64,000 nucleotides of DNA from an uncultured delta proteobacterium (GTDB lineage: Bacteria > Desulfobacterota > Binatia > UBA9968): positions 192,001-256,000 of the forward strand of contig CAWDPO010000043.1 of the NCBI GenBank assembly GCA_963804165.1, in the 5' to 3' direction. Under the pieces are notes generated by a model. It was given only the letters and a program-made list of their open reading frames with translations, did not search any database and had not been told where the DNA came from. Made by a program: the position numbers and the translations under genes. Every line of letters starts with the position of its first letter. The stretch's first letter is position 1. This document shows, piece after piece, positions 10,650-20,080 of the stretch.

Positions 10650-11909
10650 CTAAGCACGTGCTGGCGCGTGCGGGCGCCGCGCCAGAAAGATCAGCAGCGC
10701 GGAGAGCAGATAAGACACTGAAAAGATCGTGAAGACAGTTCGATAACTGCCGGTAGAATCAAAAGCGATTCCAGCGAAGAGCGCGCCGAGACCGAGTCCG
10801 CCTTTGTGAAAAGGGTCGAGCACGCTGCTGATGGCGCCGAAAGAACCGCGCCCGAAGTAGCGGGCAATTAAAATTTGCATAAGCACGGCGGCGCCGCGCG
10901 CGTTTAATCCGAAGAGCAAGGCAAATAAATAAGCAGCGCCGGCCGTGCTCACTTGCATCAGCAACCCGACCGATGCGGCGGAAACGATCATCGTCGCGAC
11001 GCTCAAGCGGCGCGGATGAAGGCGTTCGGCGAGCGCGCCCCAAAGCCCGTTGCCGAATGCGCCGGAGAGCGCCATCAGACTCACCGCTCCCGCGGCAACC
11101 GTTGGAGCAATTCGAGCATCGGTAAAATAGGCAGCGGTATGAAATGCCACGCCGCCGGTGCCTATAGAAGCGAGAAACGTACTGCTCACGAGCAACCAAA
11201 GCGTCGGGTTGCGCACCGCCGCAGCACGACTCCAGCTTTGCTCGGCAACACTCCCAGAGTTGTGTCTGTCCATCGATGCGGTCGGCCGACTCGGCGGCAC
11301 GGCAAGTCCGTCGGGATATAGGCCTAGATCTTCCGGCTGGCGACGAAGAAAAATGAGCCCGGGGATAACCACAAACACCCACAAAGCAACACCCAAAGCG
11401 AAGAACGCGCTACGCCAGCCGTAGTGCACAACGAGAAATTGATAAACCAGCGACAAAGCCGCTGATCCAAGCGGTGTCGACATGGCGACCAAACCCATCA
11501 CGCGCGGCCGTTTTAGATAAAACCAATTGGCCGCGGTGGTGAATGCGATCATGCCGCACAAGAGGAACTCGGTCAGCGCTCGCGCTGGCACGAAAGTCAC
11601 GTAAAACTGCCACGGCTCCGTGCTGAGACTGACGCCAAAAGCGAGCAGACCAACTAAGGCGCCGCCCGCCGGCAAGAGAAGACGCGGGCCTAAGCGGTCC
11701 GCGATGGGCCCAAACAGTGGTGATAATAGACCGCCGAGACAAGCTCCGAGCGTAATCGCCGTCGCCGTCAACGTGCGGCTCCAACCTAAGTCTTCGCTGA
11801 TCGGCTTGAGCACCACGGCCATGGTAATATTGCTGACGCCGGCAGCCAAAAAGCCCGCCACCATTGTGATCGCGACGATCAGCCATCCGTAAAAGAATGG
11901 CAGGATCAC
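10650..11909 (-). CDS. MFS transporter
   Basis: About 12 hydrophobic segments; motif A GPIADRLGPR; N-terminal FFYGWLIV. Confidence 0.9.
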   Translation of the reverse strand: MILPFFYGWLIVAITMVAGFLAAGVSNITMAVVLKPISEDLGWSRTLTATAITLGACLGGLLSPLFGPIADRLGPRLLLPAGGALVGLLAFGVSLSTEPWQFYVTFVPARALTEFLLCGMIAFTTAANWFYLKRPRVMGLVAMSTPLGSAALSLVYQFLVVHYGWRSAFFALGVALWVFVVIPGLIFLRRQPEDLGLYPDGLAVPPSRPTASMDRHNSGSVAEQSWSRAAAVRNPTLWLLVSSTFLASIGTGGVAFHTAAYFTDARIAPTVAAGAVSLMALSGAFGNGLWGALAERLHPRRLSVATMIVSAASVGLLMQVSTAGAAYLFALLFGLNARGAAVLMQILIARYFGRGSFGAISSVLDPFHKGGLGLGALFAGIAFDSTGSYRTVFTIFSVSYLLSALLIFLARRPHAPARA

Positions 11910-12153
11910 GCATCGCCCTTCGACCGCGGACAGCTCACGGATGCCAGTTCCACCCTTGAGGTCGTCATCATCTTCGTTGTCATGGCGTCGATGAGTTCAA
12001 TCGTGAAGCATCATAACCAGCGGGCAACGTTTCGCAGGTTCAAAAGAGCCCGCGCCAGAGATGGCGAAAATAGATTTTAGTCACGTTGTCAGAAACGGTG
12101 GCAGTTTATGGAAAACTCGCCGAGTCCGATCCGGAGCTGTAAATCCATTTCGT

Positions 12154-12369
12154 TTAGTTTAGGAACAAGCGCGCGTAGGTCTCTATCCCCAAACCGAGCA
12201 ACACCAGGGCGAGCCCACGGAGAAAGGCTTTCAATGCGGGACTTTCCGGTTCACGGCCAATCATCTTGAGCTCCGGCTGCTCTCTGCATTCGCGCATCAA
12301 GTTCATTGAGATCTTCAGCCAAATTGCGCCGATCAAACCAATGATAAATCCCGCCCCTTCGATATCCAT
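12154..12369 (-). CDS. Small hypothetical membrane protein (2 TM)
   Basis: 71-aa ORF 4 nt downstream of the GFA gene on the same strand; two hydrophobic stretches. Confidence 0.55.
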   Translation of the reverse strand: MDIEGAGFIIGLIGAIWLKISMNLMRECREQPELKMIGREPESPALKAFLRGLALVLLGLGIETYARLFLN

Positions 12370-12373
12370 GGCA

Positions 12374-12823
12374 CTAATCCCCTATGCTCGGTTTTGTCGG
12401 CGCAGCCGGATACGGATTTTCGACGGACAAATGAGCAAGCTCGCGCGCGCTCTCTTCCCAATGCCGCCCATCGAACCGTTTTATTTTGATCTCTCGGACG
12501 GTGCTGGGTTCGAGACAGTGCACGTTCACACTGTAGCCGTCAGGATTGGAGCGCGGCACGTAGAAAGACTTGATGCCGCAACTTTGACAAAACAGATGCC
12601 GCGCGACGCCGGTGTTAAAAGTGTAGGTGGTTAGAGCTTCAGAACCTCGAAGCAACGTGAAGCGTGACTTGGGGACAATCAAATGAAGAAATCCGCTCTT
12701 GCTGCAAATCGAGCAGTTGCACTCGGTGGCTTCGATGTCGGCGGGCGCTGTGACCGCAAATTTCACGCGGCCGCAATGGCACCCACCGACATGCCTAATC
12801 AAGGGTTGGTTTGCTTGTGCCAA
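12374..12823 (-). CDS. GFA / CENP-V family Zn-binding protein
   Basis: GGCHCG..V, CNCSIC, HLFCQSCGI, VNVHCLE. Confidence 0.92.
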   Translation of the reverse strand: MAQANQPLIRHVGGCHCGRVKFAVTAPADIEATECNCSICSKSGFLHLIVPKSRFTLLRGSEALTTYTFNTGVARHLFCQSCGIKSFYVPRSNPDGYSVNVHCLEPSTVREIKIKRFDGRHWEESARELAHLSVENPYPAAPTKPSIGD

Positions 12824-12840
12824 GACAGTCGAGGATTAAA

Positions 12841-13860
12841 CTACGCGGCTGATTCCAGCTGCGCTGTATAGCTGCCGCTGCGCGCTGCGCTGTTCATCTT
12901 GGCTCGGTGATAGAAGATCTTCTGCGCTGCCGCGACGTTGGCGGCTTCGCCCTTCCAAGCTTTCAGCGCCGGATCCTGCAGCGCCCGGGCATAAGAAAAA
13001 CTCACCTGCCACGGGTGCGGACCGATTTTGTTCATGGCGTTTAAATGCTCAGTGGCGCTCACCGCGCTCTGACCGCCGGACAAAAATGCGATACCGGGAA
13101 CCGCCGCGGGTACGGTGCGCTTGAGACACCGGATCGTGCGTTCGGCGACCTCTTCGACGCCCGCTTGTCGGGGATTGTCTTTTCCGGAAACCACCATGCT
13201 CGGTTTGAGAATCATGCCTTCAAGATGTACGCGGTGCAAAAAAAGCGCCGTGAAGGTTATTTTCAGCGTCTGCTCGGTGACTTCGTGACAGCGCTCAATG
13301 GTGTGATTCCCGTCGAGCAAAACTTCCGGTTCGACGATCGGCACGATGCCGCCCTCCTGGCAGAGCGCGGCGTAGCGCGCCAACGCATGCGCGTTGGCTT
13401 CTAAACAAGTGTAGGTCGGAATGCCGTCCCCGATGGTAATCACGGCACGCCACTTGGCGAATTTGGCGCCTAATTCTTTGTATTCTTTCACGCGCGCGCG
13501 CAAGCCGTCCAATCCTTCGGTGACAACTTCGCCGGGGAAACCGGGAATATCCACCGGCCCCTTGTCGACTTTAATGCCCGGCATAATGCCTTTTTTGGCA
13601 AGCAATTGGGAAAACGGCGTGCCATCGCTCGCCGCCGTACGGATCGTTTCATCAAAAAGAATTACGCCGCTGATCGCTTCTTCGACGCCTTTAGTGGAAA
13701 AAAGCATCTCACGGTAGGCGCGGCGGTTGTTGTCGTTGGATTCTATTTTGATGCTGTCAAATCGTCGTTTGATGGTGCCCATACTCTCATCGGCAGCCAG
13801 GATCCCTTTGCCTTTGGCGACCATCGCTTGAGCGACTGATTCGAGTTCTTGTTTAGACAT
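12841..13860 (-). CDS. fba: Fructose-bisphosphate aldolase class I (eukaryotic/glycolytic type)
   Basis: GKGILAADES, GIKVDKG, FAKWRAV, PIVEPEV, LKPSMV, FLSGGQS; start moved to ATG 13860 behind an AAGGAGG RBS. Confidence 0.95.
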   Translation of the reverse strand: MSKQELESVAQAMVAKGKGILAADESMGTIKRRFDSIKIESNDNNRRAYREMLFSTKGVEEAISGVILFDETIRTAASDGTPFSQLLAKKGIMPGIKVDKGPVDIPGFPGEVVTEGLDGLRARVKEYKELGAKFAKWRAVITIGDGIPTYTCLEANAHALARYAALCQEGGIVPIVEPEVLLDGNHTIERCHEVTEQTLKITFTALFLHRVHLEGMILKPSMVVSGKDNPRQAGVEEVAERTIRCLKRTVPAAVPGIAFLSGGQSAVSATEHLNAMNKIGPHPWQVSFSYARALQDPALKAWKGEAANVAAAQKIFYHRAKMNSAARSGSYTAQLESAA

Positions 13861-13983
13861 GCGTTCATTCCTCCTTATGAGTTGTTGAACGCATCCATAT
13901 TTGCATTCCGCCCATTCCTTCGCAAGCTTTGCCGGCGACTGCCATTGTCTCATCCATGGCCCTTTGATAGTTTGTGATTCGTT

Positions 13984-14322
13984 ATGCTGGACCTGCTGAT
14001 GCACTGGTTCATCAGCGCCGCGAGCCTGATGATCGTCGCATATCTTTTCCCCGGCATCGAGGTGCGCGGCTTCGGTACGGCGCTGCTTGCGCCGATCGTC
14101 ATCGGGTTCATCAATGCGACCATCGGGTTTGTCATGAAAATATTGACCTTACCGCTCACGTTGCTCACGTTGGGACTTTTTTGGCTGATCATTAACGCGC
14201 TGATGCTTCAGCTTGCCGCTGCGCTTGTCCCGGGATTCTTCATCGCTGGTTTTTGGTCGGCTTTTTTTGGCGCCATCGTGCTGAGTATCGTCAGCACGCT
14301 TCTCGGCGCGCTGATCGAGTGA
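13984..14322 (+). CDS. YvlD/DUF360 (phage holin 4 family) membrane protein
   Basis: Four TM segments with LTLPLTLLTLGLFWLIINALML and GFWSAFFGAIVLS signatures. Confidence 0.88.
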   Translation: MLDLLMHWFISAASLMIVAYLFPGIEVRGFGTALLAPIVIGFINATIGFVMKILTLPLTLLTLGLFWLIINALMLQLAAALVPGFFIAGFWSAFFGAIVLSIVSTLLGALIE

Positions 14323-14331
14323 CGCGGTGTC

Positions 14332-15216
14332 TCACTTTGTAAATAACCCCGTCGCTTCCGACCAATAAGTCGTATCGTAGAATCTCTCCGGCGGATCGAA
14401 GGGTGGCTTGTACACGCCCATTTCCTTGCGCAAGTCTATGACCGTTTGCAATGCCACCGGGTTGATCCGCGCTTTCGGCACCACCTTATGATAAGCATCC
14501 TCCGCTGCCTCGCGCTTGAGCTTTTCGTTTTCCATCACCAACGCAATGGTTTCGTCGCGGTTCTCCGGCAACAAGAGCCAGTCCGTGGCCGCCGCCCAGG
14601 CGCGAATGAAGCGGACGACGAGCTCACGATGATCGAGCAACCACCGCCTGAGGGTCCAACCACAGGTGAGCGGCCAGCCGGGAACGTATTTTTCAGAATC
14701 GGCCAGCAACACACCGCCGGCGGCCAATGCCTTATCCGAAGCCGGGGGCGTGAGCATCGCGGCGGCGACGCGCCGTTGAAGAAACGCTTCCAACCGCACC
14801 GGCGAACTGCCGATGATCTCGATGTTGTAGTCGGTGTCGTCAATGCCATGGGTGCGAAGAATTTTTTTCCGGATAAGATCCAAATTGGAATCACCGGGAT
14901 CGCCGGCGAGTAATTTATCCCGGAGTTTTTCGATGGAATCGACGCCCGGCTGGCCGATCAGATACGCGCTGAGCCCTTCCTCGGCCTGCATGAAAAGCAT
15001 GTAATCGACGCCGTCGGTGGTTGTGCGCGCGATCATCGTATCAGCGCTGCTCAAAGTAAAATCCCAGCGCCCTTCGGCCATGCCACGATTGTGATCCGGC
15101 GCGTAGGTGGTGTGATGAAATTTCACTTCGAGGTTTTCCTTGGCGAAAAATCCCTTGTATTCTGCAACGACATGCGGCGTTCTGCGCTGGTAACCGGTCA
15201 CGCTAAGTACGTCCAT
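14332..15216 (-). CDS. NMT1/SsuA-like ABC substrate-binding protein
   Basis: VAEYKGFFAKENLEV, AAAMLTPP, VRFIRAWAAA; no obvious signal peptide. Confidence 0.75.
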   Translation of the reverse strand: MDVLSVTGYQRRTPHVVAEYKGFFAKENLEVKFHHTTYAPDHNRGMAEGRWDFTLSSADTMIARTTTDGVDYMLFMQAEEGLSAYLIGQPGVDSIEKLRDKLLAGDPGDSNLDLIRKKILRTHGIDDTDYNIEIIGSSPVRLEAFLQRRVAAAMLTPPASDKALAAGGVLLADSEKYVPGWPLTCGWTLRRWLLDHRELVVRFIRAWAAATDWLLLPENRDETIALVMENEKLKREAAEDAYHKVVPKARINPVALQTVIDLRKEMGVYKPPFDPPERFYDTTYWSEATGLFTK

Positions 15217-15353
15217 AATGTCCTCCCCGTCACCTCCCTTTTATCGCCGCGGGCTTTTCGGCTCAAGTGCCTTCGCCTTGGCTTGATCGACGAATCGATG
15301 TAGAAATCAATAGCATTGTTTCTCCGGTGCTCGATCATTCCAAGGAATATTTC

Positions 15354-16055
15354 ATGAACTTGAAAGACAAAGTAGCTCTCATCACCGGTGGCGGCAGAGG
15401 TATCGGCAAAGCGATCGCGGTGCATTACGCCCGCGAAGGCGCGAAGCTCGCCCTATGCGCGCGCACCGCAACGGAGCTGGATCAGACCGTGCGCGAATTA
15501 CGAGCCATGAACGTCGAAGCCGAAGGCTGGAGCTGTGACGTTTCGTTGGAAGAAGCCGCGCGGGAATTCATCGGCAACGTGGACAAAAAATTCGGCCGCA
15601 TCGACGTTCTGGTCAACAATGCCGGCGTCATGACCCGGCCGACTCCGATTGCCGAACTCGACGTAAAAAAATGGGATTACACGATCGCGGTGAATCTGCG
15701 CGGACCCTTCCTGATCACGCAAGCGGTTTTGCCGATCATGACGAATCACAAAAGCGGCTCGATTATCAACGTCTCATCGATGATCGGCCGCGGCGCGTAC
15801 GCCAATTTCATCGCCTACGCGACGTCGAAATGGGGGTTGGAAGGATTCACTCAAACCCTTGCGGCGGAAGTGCGCTCGAGCAATATCCGAGTGAACTCCG
15901 TCGAGCCAGGCTACGTTGCCACCAAGCTCACCGGCTTTCACGGCAGCAAACCGGAATCGGTGACCGATGTCTTCGTATTTCTGGCTTCGGATGAATCCAA
16001 GGGAGTTACGGGGAAGATGCTCAGCGCCTCGGGCTGGAAATCGCAAGTTAAGTAA
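15354..16055 (+). CDS. Short-chain dehydrogenase/reductase (SDR)
   Basis: TGGGRGIG, NNAG, YATSK, VNSVEPG; ATG 15354 after AAGGA. Confidence 0.93.
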   Translation: MNLKDKVALITGGGRGIGKAIAVHYAREGAKLALCARTATELDQTVRELRAMNVEAEGWSCDVSLEEAAREFIGNVDKKFGRIDVLVNNAGVMTRPTPIAELDVKKWDYTIAVNLRGPFLITQAVLPIMTNHKSGSIINVSSMIGRGAYANFIAYATSKWGLEGFTQTLAAEVRSSNIRVNSVEPGYVATKLTGFHGSKPESVTDVFVFLASDESKGVTGKMLSASGWKSQVK

Positions 16056-16344
16056 TACCCAGCTCGGTAAAATGAGACTCATTACCATGTTCTGCGTCGC
16101 GGCCCTCGGGTCGGACGGTGGTCTCGGCGACAATTGGCGCGGCCACATTCTCGGGCGACGCGTCGGCAATCCAAAGCTCCACCACCGCGTCCGGCGGGAG
16201 AGCGATGCGCTCGCGGTAAGCCACGGACCCAGTGACCACGCCTGCGCCGGTGGAAGTCAGGGAGTTATACGTGCACCCAGAAAAGCCCGTGAGGATGAGC
16301 CACAGCAGCCCGAGCATCGGGCGCGGCGAATAAAGTTTCATCAT
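16048..16344 (-). pseudogene. YbaY-family lipoprotein, C-terminally truncated
   Basis: Lipobox FSGC, then VTGSVAYRERIALPPDAVVEL...IVAETT..EGR; similarity ends after EGR. Confidence 0.6.
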
Positions 16345-16381
16345 GTCATGCTCCGTTGCCCGGGGGGTCGCGGACGAAGCG

Positions 16382-17065
16382 TCAAAACGCCGCGTTCGCG
16401 GCGCCGCGAAAATCAGACGGTTCCGGCTGCTGCTTCTTTCGCGCGCTGTTTCGAGCTTTTTGGTGATTCATGTCGGCCGGAATGAAGCGAACCTTTTTTC
16501 CTAACCGCTTTGCTGAGATGAGCTCATCCCGAGCCACTTCCCCGCCGCCGATACCGACGATGATGTCGCTGTTTTCGACCATGGCTTTGGAGGTCGGCGA
16601 TAATTCCTTGGTTCCGCCTACGAATCCGCCCCAAGTCGTGTCCTCCACGTAAAAAACGTGATCAACGAAAGGCGATAGCTTGACATTGTGCCCTCTTGCC
16701 TGAGACGACACGATTCCCGTCGTCATGAAGCCTTTCCGTTTCGCCATTTCATAGATCGCGCCGATGCCTTCCGGCGTAGCGCCGATGTTCACGATGGTTT
16801 TGGCCGGGTCAAATTCGCCGAGAATGACCTCCGCGTGTTTGCGCAGCAAAACGTCATCCTCGTATCCGGCGCCCGAATACCCGACAAAGGTAAGTACGGT
16901 TTTCCCTGTGCCTTTGAAGAACGCCTTGATGTCTTGTTTGACCGCATTTTTGACCGTGGCGGTGTGCGCCGGGCCAGCAGCAGCAAGAACGAAGAGACAC
17001 AGATACAGAGGGAAAAACGGCGTGCCGGAAAAACGCAATGATTGGCCGTGCTTTAATATCATCAA
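16382..17065 (-). CDS. Putative exported SLOG-superfamily (LOG/DprA-like) protein
   Basis: Signal-like N-terminus; LTFVGYSG, NIGATPEGI, SKAMVENSDIIVGIGGGEVARDELISAKRLGKKV. Confidence 0.6.
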   Translation of the reverse strand: MMILKHGQSLRFSGTPFFPLYLCLFVLAAAGPAHTATVKNAVKQDIKAFFKGTGKTVLTFVGYSGAGYEDDVLLRKHAEVILGEFDPAKTIVNIGATPEGIGAIYEMAKRKGFMTTGIVSSQARGHNVKLSPFVDHVFYVEDTTWGGFVGGTKELSPTSKAMVENSDIIVGIGGGEVARDELISAKRLGKKVRFIPADMNHQKARNSARKKQQPEPSDFRGAANAAF

Positions 17066-17211
17066 GCGATCCCCTTCTATTCACGTTCTCGCACGAAAAG
17101 CTGTGTGGCCAAACGCCCCGCATCAGTGAACCACAGCACGCGATTGATAACGCAGGCGCGTGCCTAAGCACCAGGCGGAAGCACGTTGGGTCTCAGCCGC
17201 ATGAGATCGAC

Positions 17212-17637
17212 CTACTTCGACATCGGGCGCGATTCGACCGGGATGAGCGTTGTCTCTACTGGCTGCCCGGGATTGTTGCTTCTGATCTTGAACTCGCCCG
17301 CGCTCAATCGAAGTATTTCGGCCTTGTAGGAGAGACCCTCCTCGACCATCGTCAGCGCTCCACCCTCGTACTTCCAAGTCCCGAGCGTAGGCTTGGTATT
17401 AGGTGACGTGATGAGCAGCGTTCCCTCTGACAGGAATACATAAAGCGTGCCCGCCGCTACGCCGGACGAACTGCTCACTTGCCAGACCTTGTTGACGAAA
17501 CCGGCGGAAGCGCTACCGGCGTGGTCAAAATCCTGCTTTGCCGCGTCACCTTTATTGAGGCAAGCACCGAGACACAGAGCAAACGTAAAAATCAGGGTGG
17601 ACTTTGGAAATTTGATGTTGAGCCGCCTAGATTGCAC
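17212..17637 (-). CDS. Hypothetical lipoprotein
   Basis: Lipobox LGAC; beta-rich mature part (VNKVWQV..YVFLSEGTLLI..GTWKY). Confidence 0.7.
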   Translation of the reverse strand: MQSRRLNIKFPKSTLIFTFALCLGACLNKGDAAKQDFDHAGSASAGFVNKVWQVSSSSGVAAGTLYVFLSEGTLLITSPNTKPTLGTWKYEGGALTMVEEGLSYKAEILRLSAGEFKIRSNNPGQPVETTLIPVESRPMSK

Positions 17638-17778
17638 GGAAATAATACTAGCTTATCTCACCGTCACACTGGACGCGCGCTTTGCTCGACTACCACGCCT
17701 GAGCCAACGTGCCGAAAGTCACGTCGGATTCCCAGCGGCAGCCCCGGTTCGTCCGTTATCGACATTCTCCGTCGATCA

Positions 17779-18012
17779 CTAAAGACCTAGTAATTCCATT
17801 ATCTTGACTTGGTCGAAACCGACCACCGATTGGCCGTCGATGATCGTTACCGGCGTGCTTTGAAATCCTTGATCGAGTAATTCCTTTAATGCCGCTTTAT
17901 CCGCCCGTACATTTTTCTCCACGAACTGAACGCCTTTTTGAGATAGAAACTCCACCTCTTTATGACACGGGCCTCACCCAGGTTGGGTATAAACAACGAC
18001 CGATTTAGCCAT
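17779..18012 (-). CDS. Glutaredoxin/NrdH-like selenoprotein (UxxC; in-frame UGA at 17974-17976)
   Basis: Hand translation MAKSVVVYTQPG-UGA-GPCHKEVEFLSQKGVQFVEKNVRADKAALKELLDQGFQSTPVTIIDGQSVVGFDQVKIMELLGL; GAGGAG RBS; the UGA occupies the first Cys position of CxxC. Confidence 0.88.
17940..17958 (-). promoter_or_regulatory. Putative bacterial SECIS hairpin
   Basis: mRNA GAGGUGGA-GUU-UCUAUCUC: 8-bp stem including two G-U pairs, loop starting GU, 23 nt after the UGA. Confidence 0.6.
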
Positions 18013-18068
18013 TCTTTCTCTCCTCTAATTTTTTTAAAGCTTAACACTTCGCCATAAAGCGCGCAAAA

Positions 18069-18105
18069 GTGACGCGTTCCCAGTTTAAAACTGGGAACGC
18101 GTCAC
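18069..18105. repeat. Perfect inverted repeat with 18-bp arms
   Basis: GTGACGCGTTCCCAGTTT-A-AAACTGGGAACGCGTCAC, between divergent genes. Confidence 0.9.
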
Positions 18106-18127
18106 CCTGAGCAACGCGAAGGGTCTC
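18101..18127 (+). repeat. REP-like element (GTCAyCCTGAGC..GCGAAGG.TCT type)
   Basis: GTCACCCTGAGCAACGCGAAGGGTCTC, overlapping the right arm of the palindrome. Confidence 0.6.
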
Positions 18128-18220
18128 GACTGAAATAGCGAGTAAATGCCCAAGGCCTTTCCGATTTGGTCCACGATCTTAAACAACGACCGATAAGCAT
18201 GCTAAGGTAAGCTTCATACG

Positions 18221-20080
18221 ATGCCGCATAGGGATCAATTCAAATTCAAGCTTAGATTTTTCCTCAGCGCTCTAACGCTTGGCCTGACGGTTTTCGCCGC
18301 TCTTTCAGGTTGGACCGATGAGCTGACCAACCGGGACTCGAGCGCGACCGAGGCGCTGGCGCGCCACGTGAAATTCCTATCCGCCGCTGAGCTTACCGGA
18401 CGGGGTGTCGATACTCCCGGGATCAAGCTCGCGAGAGACTATGTCGCCGCCGAATTCGCCAAATCCGGCTTGAAGCCGGGCGGCGATAACGGTAGCTTCC
18501 TGCAACCTTTCGATGTTGCCGTTGGCGTCACCGTAGTCGAGCCGACCAGCCTCACTCTTGGAACCGACGCTCCCCTCCAGCTAAACGAACAGTGGATTCC
18601 GCTTGGGCTATCGACATCCGACAAAATAGCGGCGGAGGTGGTTTTCGCCGGTTACGGGATCACGGCCAAGGACTACGGTTACGATGACTATGCGGGCATC
18701 GACGCCAAGGGCAAGATTATTTTAATGCTCCGCTACGAGCCGCCGCCTTCGGAGACTAAAAGCCCATTCAGAAAACTTCCCGACTATTCGACCCACGCGG
18801 CGCTGCGCAGCAAAGCCAATAACGCGCGGGATCATGGCGCGCTGGGCATGATCTTGGTCGATATGAGCGATTCGAGTCGTGAGAAACGTGAATTGATCTC
18901 GACGCAAAGTAGTTTATGGCGCGGCGGCAATCGCCTGACCGCCGCCCAGGTGAAGCGCCAGGTTATCGAAAAATGGCTCGCCGCCCGGGGAATTTCGCTT
19001 AGGTCGCTCAAAGAACAGATCGACACCAGCGGCAAACCCGCTTCAACGGCCATTCCCAACGCTATTGCCACCTTGCAAGTTAACTTGAGGGAAAATCGCC
19101 AGCACACAGACAATGTCGTCGGTATACTGCCCGGCGCGGATCCGACGCTGAGCGCCGAATCGATCGTCATCGGCGCCCACTATGATCACCTTGGATTGGG
19201 GCATTTTGGCGCGCGAGACTCGGCCTCGGAAGGGCAGGTTCATCCTGGCGCCGATGACAACGCGTCGGGAACCGCAGTGATTATCGACTTAGCCCGCCGC
19301 CTCAGCCTACTGGCGCACAAACCGGCCAGAACGATCGTATTCGTCGCATTCTCGGCCGAAGAGCTCGGTCTTTTCGGTTCGCGCCATTATGTCGATCATG
19401 CAGTGTCCATCTCGGCGATAAAGGCCATGATCAATTTGGATATGGTCGGACGCTTGCGCGACGACCGTGTAACCGTGTTTGGCACACGCTCAAGCACGGA
19501 TTTTAGCAAAACGGTGCTGGCCGGAGCTCAGCAATTGGGCCTCAAGATCGGCGAATCCGACGATGTCGGGCGCAGCGATCACATGTCCTTTTATAGCAAG
19601 AAAATTCCGGTGCTCCATTTCTTTACGGGCATCCACAATGACTATCACCGATCCACCGATACTTGGGAGAAACTTAACATCGACGGTATGGCAAAAGTCG
19701 GCGACCTTGTCATGCTGACTGCGTTGCAGATCGCCAATATTAAGGAACCGATCAATTTTGTCAGCCTGCCGGCACGCCCGCCGGCCGCGGGCGCCGCGGC
19801 GGGTCGAGGATTTCGCGTTTATCTCGGCACCATCCCTGACTACGGCGCACCGGCGGCGGGCGTACGACTTGCCGGAGTTTCCAGCGGCAGCCCGGCGGCG
19901 CTCGCCGGCTTGCAGGAAGGCGACGTAATCATTCGCTTGGCTGACAAAAAAATCGAAAATATCGAAGACCTGACTGGCGCTCTGAGCGACCGCAAAGCCG
20001 GCGACGAGGTCGAAATAGCGATTCTGCGCGCCGGTACGCCGCTCACGTTGAAAGCGACGTTGAAAAGTCGCGGTCAGTGA
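18221..20080 (+). CDS. M28 family metallopeptidase with PA and C-terminal PDZ domains
   Basis: GAHYDHLG, GADDNASG, AEELGLFGS, NLDMVG, RSDH, YHRSTD; PA insert VVFAGYGI; PDZ YLGTIPDY..GSPAALAGLQEGDVI. Confidence 0.93.
   Translation: MPHRDQFKFKLRFFLSALTLGLTVFAALSGWTDELTNRDSSATEALARHVKFLSAAELTGRGVDTPGIKLARDYVAAEFAKSGLKPGGDNGSFLQPFDVAVGVTVVEPTSLTLGTDAPLQLNEQWIPLGLSTSDKIAAEVVFAGYGITAKDYGYDDYAGIDAKGKIILMLRYEPPPSETKSPFRKLPDYSTHAALRSKANNARDHGALGMILVDMSDSSREKRELISTQSSLWRGGNRLTAAQVKRQVIEKWLAARGISLRSLKEQIDTSGKPASTAIPNAIATLQVNLRENRQHTDNVVGILPGADPTLSAESIVIGAHYDHLGLGHFGARDSASEGQVHPGADDNASGTAVIIDLARRLSLLAHKPARTIVFVAFSAEELGLFGSRHYVDHAVSISAIKAMINLDMVGRLRDDRVTVFGTRSSTDFSKTVLAGAQQLGLKIGESDDVGRSDHMSFYSKKIPVLHFFTGIHNDYHRSTDTWEKLNIDGMAKVGDLVMLTALQIANIKEPINFVSLPARPPAAGAAAGRGFRVYLGTIPDYGAPAAGVRLAGVSSGSPAALAGLQEGDVIIRLADKKIENIEDLTGALSDRKAGDEVEIAILRAGTPLTLKATLKSRGQ

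Noticed and set aside
13861-14004. N-terminal extension of the aldolase ORF
   Set aside because: It overlaps the divergent gene, and a strong RBS supports ATG 13860.
13984-14322. Holin as evidence of a prophage
   Set aside because: YvlD/DUF360 genes are common chromosomal genes; no endolysin, structural or integrase gene is nearby.
17974-17976. UGA as a sign of genome-wide stop-codon reassignment
   Set aside because: Many genes here end at TGA normally (for example 14322, 20080, 29057, 42147), so any read-through must be site-specific.
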